From Acidobacteriota bacterium (GTDB lineage Bacteria; Acidobacteriota; Thermoanaerobaculia; UBA2201): a stretch of 50,741 nucleotides of DNA. The position numbers and the translations under genes were made by a program. Within the stretch, counting starts at the first letter, position 1; the number at the start of each line of letters is the position of its first letter. Of this stretch, positions 8,590 through 17,400 are shown piece by piece. The DNA lies in the NCBI GenBank assembly GCA_037441225.1, contig JBBISU010000020.1, forward strand, positions 1 to 50,741, read 5' to 3'. Below the pieces are notes generated by a model. The model had not been told where the DNA came from. It saw only the letters and a list, made by a program, of their open reading frames with translations, and did no database searches.

Positions 8590-9597
8590 ATGAAAAAAAT
8601 TTTATTGTTTTTATTTATTGTTTCTTGTGGAACTTCTTCTATAAATGATCAAAAAAAAGAAATAAATATTTTATGGCCACCTCCTCCAGATGAGCCAAAA
8701 ATTAAATTTATAGAAGTTATAAGCTCAAGCAGAGATGTAGAAGGAAAAAAAGAAAAAAGTTTAAAAGATGTATTGTTAGGGATTGAACCTGAAAAGAGTT
8801 CTGTTTTTTTAGAAAGGCCTATGGATATTGCTGTAAATTCAAAGGGGGAGATTTTAGTGGTAGATGCAAAAGCAAAAGGGATCCATGTCTATGATAAAAA
8901 AAATAAAAAATTTAAACTTTATGGCACTTCTGGTATGGGTTCCCTTGCCTGGCCTAACTCAATTGATGTAGATGAAAATGATAATATTTATGTCTCTGAC
9001 CATTCTAAAAAAAAGGTATTTAAATATGATTCATCCGGTAAATTTCTTTTAAGTTTTGGGGACTTTGAAAACCCTGTCGGTGTCTGTGTTGATAATAAAA
9101 ACAAGAGATTGTTTGTTGTAGATTCAAAAAAGCATAATTTAAATTTATTTGATTTTAATGGAAATTTATTAAAGACAATTGGTGAAAGGGGGATAGAAGA
9201 AGGGCAGTTTAATTTTCCAACCTTTTGTGATGTAGATGAAAAAGGGAATATTTATATTGTAGATACTGGCAATGCAAGAGTCCAAATAATTGACGAAAAT
9301 TTTGAAGTTTTAGGTTCCTTTGGATCAATGGGTGTGCATATAGGTCAGTTTACAAGACCAAAAGGAATAGCTGTTGATAAATATGGAATAATTTATGTTG
9401 TTGATGGCGCTTTCAACAATGTTCAAATGTTTAATTCAGAATTACAATTTTTAATGCCTTTTTGTGAAGCAGGAAAAGAAGAAGGAAAATTAAATCTTCC
9501 TGTTGGCATTGAGATAGACAAAGAAGGATATATTTATGTAGCAGATTTTGGAAATGGAAGGATACAAATTTTTAAAGCTTTATATAAAATTTATTAA
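8590..9597 (+). CDS. NHL-repeat beta-propeller lipoprotein
   Basis: Lipobox FIVS-C at residues 10-13. Repeated NHL-type units (e.g. GQFNFPTFCDVDEKGNIYIVDTGNARVQII and GQFTRPKGIAVDKYGIIYVVDGAFNNVQMF). Confidence 0.85.
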   Translation: MKKILLFLFIVSCGTSSINDQKKEINILWPPPPDEPKIKFIEVISSSRDVEGKKEKSLKDVLLGIEPEKSSVFLERPMDIAVNSKGEILVVDAKAKGIHVYDKKNKKFKLYGTSGMGSLAWPNSIDVDENDNIYVSDHSKKKVFKYDSSGKFLLSFGDFENPVGVCVDNKNKRLFVVDSKKHNLNLFDFNGNLLKTIGERGIEEGQFNFPTFCDVDEKGNIYIVDTGNARVQIIDENFEVLGSFGSMGVHIGQFTRPKGIAVDKYGIIYVVDGAFNNVQMFNSELQFLMPFCEAGKEEGKLNLPVGIEIDKEGYIYVADFGNGRIQIFKALYKIY

Positions 9598-9664
9598 AAT
9601 TGGGCAAAAAACCCATTAGATGGGTGAAATAACCCATAATCTTTAAAATTCTCTCAAAATAACT

Positions 9665-9681
9665 TGGCATAAAAATTGCAT
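9665..9681 (+). promoter_or_regulatory. Sigma54 (-24/-12) promoter P2
   Basis: TGGCAT-AAAAA-TTGCAT. A strong AGGAGG Shine-Dalgarno lies at 9705-9710 and the ATG at 9718. Confidence 0.75.
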
Positions 9682-9717
9682 TATTTTTCTAAAACTTTAA
9701 AGAAAGGAGGTTTATAA

Positions 9718-10380
9718 ATGAAAAGATTATTTGCTTTATTTTTTCTAATTACATCTACCCTGGCATTGGCAGTTGTCCAGAACACTCCTCATGATCTGTC
9801 CGTTGGTTCAACTGGTCCCTTTAATCAAGCTGGATTTCCTGATACAAATGTAACAGCCATTTGTGTTTTCTGCCATACTCCTCACCAACCAAGTGGAGTT
9901 ACAACAGATCCTCTATGGAACCACACTCTTTCATCCACTGCTTCATACGGTGTTTATTCAAGTAACACATTAAATGCAACACCAGCTGACATTGGTGGAC
10001 AGCAAACAGTTTCTAATCTTTGTATGTCTTGTCATGATGGAACTGTTGGTGTTGGTTCCCAGTACAATGAACAAAATGGTGTTCCTGCTCCTTCTACTGC
10101 TGCCATAACAATTTTAAACACAAATCCTGCTTACCTTGGAACAGATCTTACAAATGACCATCCAATTAATTTTACTTACGATGCAGCCCTTGCCACTGCT
10201 GATGGTGAATTAAACACACCTGTTTCTACAAGCTGTGTTGATGCTGCTTGTAATGTTCCTTTATTTGGAGGAACTGTTCAGTGTGCTTCTTGTCATGATC
10301 CCCATGACAATACTTTGGCTCCATTTTTAACGCTTACACAAGTTGATAGTGCCCTTTGTACAACTTGCCATCAAAAGTAA
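9718..10380 (+). CDS. Small secreted tetrahaem c-type cytochrome (220 aa), nearly Lys/Arg-free
   Basis: Signal peptide ending in LALA-VV. Four CXXCH motifs (CVFCH, CMSCH, CASCH, CTTCH) and 9 His in total. After the signal peptide there are 0 Arg and only the C-terminal Lys. Thr/Ser/Asn/Gly/Ala-rich. Confidence 0.9.
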   Translation: MKRLFALFFLITSTLALAVVQNTPHDLSVGSTGPFNQAGFPDTNVTAICVFCHTPHQPSGVTTDPLWNHTLSSTASYGVYSSNTLNATPADIGGQQTVSNLCMSCHDGTVGVGSQYNEQNGVPAPSTAAITILNTNPAYLGTDLTNDHPINFTYDAALATADGELNTPVSTSCVDAACNVPLFGGTVQCASCHDPHDNTLAPFLTLTQVDSALCTTCHQK

Positions 10381-12049
10381 GAAGTTTTTTTTTAAATTTG
10401 GGGGTATAATTTTTTTGTACCCCCTTTTATTTTTTTTATTTCCTTTCAATTTAAAAGCGGAAGAGTTTTTTAAATTTTATGGCATCCTTAGCTATGAATA
10501 TAATAAGAGAAATTTTAATCTTTATTCAAAGTCATTGAAAGATGAAGAAATAAAAAACGCTGGTAGGCTTAGTTTAAATTTTAGTAGCTATTTTTGGAAT
10601 AAGAAATTATTGAAATACAATTTGAGTTTTTCAATTGAAAATGGAAAAATTTATAATAATAAAACTTCAGGGAAGTTAAATAATATTGGTTATGGAATAG
10701 AATTAAATTTTCTGCCCCATTCCAAGGATAAATTTTCTTTATTTTTACTCAAGCAAAATTACAATTATAATAAAATTTATGGCTTTGATTATGATAAAAA
10801 AATTGATGGCTATGGAATAGATATGCTTTATAAAAATTTTTATTCTTATTATAAAAAAACAGAGACAACAGTTCCTTTTTTTGAAGAAGATGAAAGGATT
10901 CAGGAAGAAGGGATTATAAAAAAATTATTTAAATTTAGCAATTTTTCTATTTATTCAGAAATAAGAAAAAATTATTATAATTTCAAATATTTTAAGAATT
11001 CACAGGATATAAATTCTTTTTTATCTTATTTCAATAAAACTGGAGAGGATTCAAGTTATAGTTTAAACTTCCTTTTTCAAAATTATAATTATAAAGATGA
11101 AAATTTCGGTTTAAGCCAGAAAAATAATTTTTTAAATTTATCAGGTGTATGGAATAAAAAAATATCAAATAAAACAGATTCAATTTTTACATTAAAAACA
11201 CATAGAAATTTTGAAGAATTTGAAAATTACAACTTGGAAGAAGTACTTAGAATAAGATTATCAAAAAATTTTAGATTGGAAACAATATCTGGGATTTTAA
11301 AGGTTTCTAAGCTAAATCCTTATATTGGTGGTGGCACAATTTATGAAAAACCTTTTTCACATTTTTCATTTTTTTCAAGGGTAGGTTTTCTTTTAAGACA
11401 AAACAAAGAATATGAGGGAAATGAAATTTCTCCTTATGCTAATTTTTCCTTAAATTTTTCAAAAAATAAAACTTCAACTTCCCTTGATTTTAATTATTAT
11501 GGCTTTTCCTATCAACAAAATGAAGCAAAACAATCTGATCTTCCATCTATTTTGGGAGAGTTTTCTTATAAAACTACAAATGATTTTTCTATTAAACATT
11601 CTTTAAGCTGGAATAATTCAGGGATTTATGGATTTTATTTGAAAAATATTTTTAATAAATATGAAAGAGAAAAGATAGAAGGTAATAAAGCAAATTTTAA
11701 ATCTTTTTTAAATCAAATTGATTTCAAAATTTATTCCTTTGCCTTTGGCTTTACTTTTTATAAGGGAGAGGAATGGGATTTTGAAAGGTTTAAAATTTCA
11801 ACTAAAGAAGCCCATATTTCTTTTACCCTTGGAAAAAACATAAGTTTTCAAGGCTCTTATCTTAAAAGATACAAAGAATTTTCCTCAAAAGGAGAAGAAG
11901 AAGAAGGAAACATTCAATTTGTATATCAAATAGGGAAGTTTAGTTTAAGGATAATTGGACAGAAGTTGAGTTATGATATTTTTGAACAAAAAAAGGATAT
12001 AAATTTTATAAGGATTTTACTTTTAAGGAGTTTTGGAAATGGCTTTTAA
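10343..12049 (+). CDS. Predicted outer-membrane beta-barrel (porin-like) protein
   Basis: Signal-like N-terminus (KSKKFFFKFGGIIFLYPLLFFLFPFNLKA-EE). Tyr/Phe/Asn/Ser/Gly-rich sequence with alternating short amphipathic stretches. C-terminus ...RSFGNGF ends in Phe as in OMP beta-signals. The start codon is uncertain: there is no ATG, and TTG 10343 or GTG 10349 overlaps the upstream gene. Confidence 0.6.
   Translation: MIVPFVQLAIKSKKFFFKFGGIIFLYPLLFFLFPFNLKAEEFFKFYGILSYEYNKRNFNLYSKSLKDEEIKNAGRLSLNFSSYFWNKKLLKYNLSFSIENGKIYNNKTSGKLNNIGYGIELNFLPHSKDKFSLFLLKQNYNYNKIYGFDYDKKIDGYGIDMLYKNFYSYYKKTETTVPFFEEDERIQEEGIIKKLFKFSNFSIYSEIRKNYYNFKYFKNSQDINSFLSYFNKTGEDSSYSLNFLFQNYNYKDENFGLSQKNNFLNLSGVWNKKISNKTDSIFTLKTHRNFEEFENYNLEEVLRIRLSKNFRLETISGILKVSKLNPYIGGGTIYEKPFSHFSFFSRVGFLLRQNKEYEGNEISPYANFSLNFSKNKTSTSLDFNYYGFSYQQNEAKQSDLPSILGEFSYKTTNDFSIKHSLSWNNSGIYGFYLKNIFNKYEREKIEGNKANFKSFLNQIDFKIYSFAFGFTFYKGEEWDFERFKISTKEAHISFTLGKNISFQGSYLKRYKEFSSKGEEEEGNIQFVYQIGKFSLRIIGQKLSYDIFEQKKDINFIRILLLRSFGNGF
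10400..10437 (+). terminator. Candidate intrinsic terminator/attenuator downstream of the tetrahaem gene
   Basis: GGGGGTA(10400-10406) pairs with TACCCCC(10418-10424), followed by TTTTATTTTTTTT. It starts 20 nt after the stop codon of the tetrahaem gene. Confidence 0.55.
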
Positions 12050-12899
12050 TTTTTTTATCTTAATATTTTTTAGTATTTTTGAATTTGAAAAGGTCTTAGA
12101 AAGTCCCTATGATTTTAAAGAAAAAAGCTTTTTAAAAAATTTCTTTTTTGGAAAAGGAAATATAGAAAAATTTTCATCCCCTTATTCAATAGTAATTTTT
12201 GGCAAAAATATTGCCATTTGTGATGGTGAAAGGATTTTTTATGTTTCAAAAAATAAAGTTTTGGAAATAATTTTTCCTTTTAAATCTTTTTGTATGGATG
12301 TTGCTTTAAATGATGAGTATATTTTTGCTTCCTTTCCACAAGAAGGGATTGTGGCTTATTATGATTTAAATAAAAAAAATTGGGAAAAGGTTCCTTTTAC
12401 CTTTGAAAAACCAAATGGCTTATATTATGATTATAAAAATAATGAATTATATGTCGTTGATACGCAAAGTCATAAGATTTATAAAGGATATGAAAAAAAT
12501 TTAATCCCTTTTATAACAGATGGTTTAAACTTCCCAATTGATTTAACTATTTCAAGAAATGGGAGGATTTATATAACAGACAGTTTTGACTATGAAGTTG
12601 AGGTAAGGGATGGGGATGGAAATTTTATTTTTTCTTTTGGTAAAGGAGGTAATAAATTTGGGAACTTTCAATCCTTAAGGGGCATTGCAGTTGATGAAGA
12701 TGAAAGAGTATATGTAAGTGATACACAAAGTAGCTGGATACAGGTCTTTTCAAAAGAAGGAAAGCTTTTATATGTCTGGTCTGACAAAAAGATTTCCCAT
12801 CCAAATTTTTTATCTTATGAAAAAGGAATCCTTTATGTCACTGATTTATTTTCAAAATTAATCTTTTTAATTAAAATTAATATACCAGAAGAAAAATGA
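12033..12899 (+). CDS. NHL-repeat beta-propeller protein (exported)
   Basis: Hydrophobic N-terminus. NHL-type units such as GNFQSLRGIAVDEDERVYVSDTQSSWIQVFSKEGK and IYITDSFDYEVEVRDGDGNF. Confidence 0.75.
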   Translation: MEMAFNFFILIFFSIFEFEKVLESPYDFKEKSFLKNFFFGKGNIEKFSSPYSIVIFGKNIAICDGERIFYVSKNKVLEIIFPFKSFCMDVALNDEYIFASFPQEGIVAYYDLNKKNWEKVPFTFEKPNGLYYDYKNNELYVVDTQSHKIYKGYEKNLIPFITDGLNFPIDLTISRNGRIYITDSFDYEVEVRDGDGNFIFSFGKGGNKFGNFQSLRGIAVDEDERVYVSDTQSSWIQVFSKEGKLLYVWSDKKISHPNFLSYEKGILYVTDLFSKLIFLIKINIPEEK

Positions 12900-14389
12900 A
12901 AAGACTAATATTTTTAATTTTTTTTCCTTCTTTTCTACTTTCCCAATGGGAAGTAAAATATACCTACCACAATCTTTCATCTTCAGGTTTAGGAAAAATT
13001 AAGTCAGAAAAGACAAAGGATATCTGTGGCTTTTGTCACACACCACACAATGCAGATCCAGAAGTACCTCTTTGGGGCTTTAAAATTTCCCCAGCAAATT
13101 ATAACTTATATTTTTCTCCTTCTCTGGATTCTGTATTAGAGCAACCAGGTGGTTCTTCCGTATTATGTCTTTCCTGCCATGATGGAACAATTGCTTTTTT
13201 GAGCAAAAATAATGAAAAAGAGATTTTACCAAAAAGCTTCAAGGGCTCTATGGATTTTGATTTAAGTGGCTCCCATCCAATTTCCTTTTTAATTGATGAT
13301 TCTTTTATAAGCCAAAACAATAAAAAGGATATGCTCTTAAAAAATTTAAAGGAAATTAAAATTTCCTTTGATGAAAAGGCAATAAAAGATGATAATAAAA
13401 TGGAGTGTACAACCTGTCATGATCCCCATAAAAACACCTTTCCTGAAGGGGAAGTGCCTTTTGGCAGAATGGAAAAATTTAATATCCTTTGCACATCCTG
13501 TCATATTTCACAAATTTTAAAACATGAAGACAAATTTTATCTGCCAAAGGAATGCATAACCTGTCATAAAGCACATGGAGAAAAGGGAACAATGCTTTTA
13601 AAAACAAAAGAACCTTCTCTTTGTTTTGAATGCCATGGGAATTCCGTTGATAGAGAAAAGGCATTAAAAGATGGTATGATCTCCTATAATTCTAACCCAA
13701 AAGAAGTTCTGTACTCTTTTTCACTTCCTTATAACCATCCTATATCTAATGGTTGCACAATTTGCCATAAATTGCATAAAGTTGAAAAAGAATATGAAAT
13801 TTGTGAAGAATGCCATAAAAATAATCCTATTTATTCTTCACCAGCATCACAGCATCCAGTATATCCCTCTGAAAATGTATTAAAATGTTCTAATTGTCAT
13901 AGAGGTAGTGACGAAAATTTAGGAAAAGGTGTCCATGGCTCCCTTTATAAAGGGCTTGTCTATAAAAATTATGAAACAGAAGATGGGAAAGGAGAAAGTA
14001 AAGAAACCTATGCTTTTTGCTATTCCTGCCATAAAAGAGAAGAGATATTAGAAAATAGTAAGTTTAGTTTGCATAAAAAACATATTGTTGATGAAAGAAC
14101 CTCTTGCTATACCTGTCATTCAAGCCATGGGTCTATTTTTTTGCCACATCTTTTAACCTTTGAAGATAAAATTAGGGAGGATAGGATAGGACCCACTAGT
14201 GATGGGATTTTAAGATATGAAAAATTTGGGGATGGAAGTGGTGCTTGCTATCTTACTTGCCATAATTTTGAACATAATGGTTTGGTTTATGGAGAAAATG
14301 CTCTTATCAAAAATTCAGAAATTCTAATAAGAACAAAATTTGGAATAAAAAAAACAAAATCCAAATTAAAAATATTAAAAGGGGAATAA
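12896..14389 (+). CDS. Multihaem c-type cytochrome, 11 CXXCH + 1 CX3CH
   Basis: Signal peptide. I counted 11 CXXCH plus CYLTCH (14246-14263). The N-terminal four-haem module is collinear with the 220-aa tetrahaem. Confidence 0.9.
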   Translation: MKRLIFLIFFPSFLLSQWEVKYTYHNLSSSGLGKIKSEKTKDICGFCHTPHNADPEVPLWGFKISPANYNLYFSPSLDSVLEQPGGSSVLCLSCHDGTIAFLSKNNEKEILPKSFKGSMDFDLSGSHPISFLIDDSFISQNNKKDMLLKNLKEIKISFDEKAIKDDNKMECTTCHDPHKNTFPEGEVPFGRMEKFNILCTSCHISQILKHEDKFYLPKECITCHKAHGEKGTMLLKTKEPSLCFECHGNSVDREKALKDGMISYNSNPKEVLYSFSLPYNHPISNGCTICHKLHKVEKEYEICEECHKNNPIYSSPASQHPVYPSENVLKCSNCHRGSDENLGKGVHGSLYKGLVYKNYETEDGKGESKETYAFCYSCHKREEILENSKFSLHKKHIVDERTSCYTCHSSHGSIFLPHLLTFEDKIREDRIGPTSDGILRYEKFGDGSGACYLTCHNFEHNGLVYGENALIKNSEILIRTKFGIKKTKSKLKILKGE

Positions 14390-14393
14390 ATGC

Positions 14394-14410
14394 TGGCATA
14401 AGAATTGCAT
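14394..14410 (+). promoter_or_regulatory. Sigma54 (-24/-12) promoter P3
   Basis: TGGCAT-AAGAA-TTGCAT, starting 5 nt after the upstream stop codon and ending 17 nt before ATG 14427. Confidence 0.75.
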
Positions 14411-14426
14411 ATATTTTTATAGAGAT

Positions 14427-17400
14427 ATGAGATATAAAGTTTTATTTTTGCTGCTTTTTTCTTTTGAAATTTTTGGAAACCAAAATCCAATTATAAATTC
14501 TTTTTCTGCTTCTTCTTATACTCTTTTGCCTGGTGCAACTGCTGATTTAAACTTAGAAGCTTATGACCCTGATTGTCCTTCCAGTTGCACAAGTGGTTGT
14601 GGTCAATATATAAGGGCAGATCTTACAAACTGGTCATCAAATGGAGGAAGTTTTTTAAATATAAATAATGGCACTTCTTCTTCACCTTATAATGCATCTG
14701 CACAATGGCAGGCGCCTTTGCAGGAAGGAACATATAATATTTCTATACAAATCTCTGACAGTGGCACTTTTCTTTGTGGTGGAAGGTTATCTGCTTCTTC
14801 AACAATCCAAATCACTGTAACCCAAAATTTAAACAACCCTCCTGTTATAAATTCATTTTCTATATCAGAAAATCCAATTCTTTTAAATTCTTCTGCAATT
14901 TTAAATGTTTCTGCTTATGATCCTGATGGAGATCCAATATCTTATGAATTTTCAACAAACCTTGGGGAAATTCACCCAATCTCAGAAGGAGTTGCAGAAT
15001 TTATTGCACCTTCCACACCTGGTATTGCAAATATAAGCTGCAAAGTTCAAGACGACAAAGGTGCTTTTACAGTAAAAGATTTAAAAGTTTACATAACAGG
15101 TGTGGTGCCAGAAAAATCTATTAAAATGGAAGGATTAACTAATTATAAAATTTCTTCTGATAATTATGGGTTTGTTTATGTCCCAACAAATAAAAATTTT
15201 ATTTATGTTTACAATTTAAATTATGGAAGTTTATTAAAAAAAATATTAGCTCCTTTTGTTGTTGCTGTTTCAATTGATTGGAATGGAAATATCTTTGCAT
15301 CTTTTGGAAATAATTTAAAATTATTAAGTCGAGAAGGGGATACCATTTTAACATTTAATTTACAAGGAAATTTTGAAGATATAACAGATGTCTTTTCTGA
15401 TAATTTAAACCATAAATATCTTTGCCTTTTATCATCTCAAGGAAAAATTGCAATCTTTGATGAAAATGGAAATCTTGAAAGAATTTTTGGTGGAATAGGT
15501 GATGGAGAAGGAAACTTTAAAAAAGCATCAGGTTTGGCTGTATATCAAAATGAAATTTATGCAGGAGATGTAGGGCATGGAAGGGTAAATGTCTTTGATT
15601 ACAATGGAAATTTTATAAGGTCCTTTGGGCAAAGGGGTGGAGAAGATGGAGAATTTGTGCAAATTAGCAGTTTAGATTTTGATTTGGATGGAAATTTATA
15701 TGTTATTGATACCTTTAAAAGCCAGGCTTCAGTTTTTGATTTTAATGGAAATTTAAAGGAAATTTTTGGGAAATATGGAAATGAAACTGGGAGCTTTATC
15801 CAGCCAATTTCTATTTCTTCTAATAAAAATTTTGGAAAAATTTTAGTTTTAAATTCAGGTAAAAATTCAGTTGAAATTTTTAATTTATATTCTAATTCAA
15901 ATCCTCCTGCAAATAATATACCTTCTGTGCCAGAGCCAATTTCCCCTTTAAATGGAACATCTTTTCCTAAAAATAGCAATGTAGAACTAATTTTAAGGAA
16001 AAGTTTTGACCCTGATTTTCAAGAACTTTATTATTCTTTTGAACTATATGAAGAAAAAAATAACAAAGATGAGCTCCTTGCAAGCTGGTTTATAAAAGGA
16101 GAATCCAATGAAATATCTGTTGATGCAACTCCTTTTTTATCAAAAGCAGGAAATTATAAATGGAGGGGAAGGGCTTTTGATTCAATTGATTGGTCAGAAT
16201 GGTTTGAATTTCAAAGTTTTACAATAAATACAGGCAATCCAAATAATCCACCATCTATGCCAAGTTTGCTTTATCCACAAGAAGGTTCAGAAGTAGATAC
16301 CTTGGAGCCAACCCTTACAATTTCAAATTCTAAAGATCCTGATAATGATCCTTTGTATTACATCTTTGAAATATACTTACACAATGGAACAGAAGGGCTT
16401 TTTATGGTTTATAAATCAGATCCAATTTCTCAAGGAAATGGATTGACTTCTTTTAAAGTTCCAGAAGGGTTACTTTCTTTAAGCCAACAAGTTTTTTGGA
16501 GGGCAGCTGCTTTTGATGGATACCTTTATAGCGAATATACACCTTACTTTACTTTCTTTACGCCACCCCTTCCCATACCTTCAAGTGAAGAAGTTGGCAA
16601 TCTTCCTGAAGGGGATTCTACAAGACCTTATATTTTAAATTTTGAGATAGGACCAAATGGTGAAGATACAAAGGTTTATTTCCAAATTTTTGGAAGTTTT
16701 AATGAAAATGAAATTTTCCTAATTGTAAATAATAATTATAAACATCCTTTAGGTCCTTACAATAATGAAAGCTGGTCTTTTACAGAATCTTTTTTAATTC
16801 CAAAGGAAGAGTTAAAAAATAATGAAAATAATAGGATCTCTTTTGAAAATCAAACAAACAAAAATTGGGGTTTAAGAAAAGTAACTTTAAGTCCACCTGA
16901 TAAAATAACTCTTAATGCAATATATTATAATACTGTGATTGATTTGCAAATCTCAGCAAAGTGCAAAAACTCAGAAAAGATAGAGATTTATAAAGCAATT
17001 GGAGAACCCAATTATTTTAATAAAGTAAATGAAATAAATTGTTTTGAAGGAATATTAAGAGACACAGGGCTTCAAAATGGAATAACTTATTTTTATTTTG
17101 CTATTAAAAAAGATAGCGAGGGCTTTGAATCAGAAAGATCAAATATTGTTTTTGGAATACCACAAGCAACAAGCACAACACCTGTAACTGATTTGAGAAT
17201 TATAAAAGAAGGTAATAATGTGAAAATTTTATGGACACCTATAACAAATGAGCCAGCAATCCAGTATTATGAAATTTATAAGGATGATTTTTCAAACTTT
17301 TTCCCTGATACCCAGAACTTTACAAATCTTTATACAACAAAAAGTCCTTATGAAGGGTCTTTTATTGATTATGATGAATTGTTAAACCCTGAAAATATTT

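Noticed and set aside
9598-9640. The ACCCAT/ATGGGT hairpin as the intrinsic terminator of the first operon.
   Set aside because: The stem is only 6 bp with a 3-nt loop and is not followed by a T-tract. It is kept as a possible regulatory site instead.
9718-10380. The small, highly expressed secreted protein as a type IV pilin.
   Set aside because: There is no class III signal (G/FTLIE-type cleavage site with Glu5). It has a standard Sec signal ending in LALA, and four CXXCH motifs identify it as a cytochrome.
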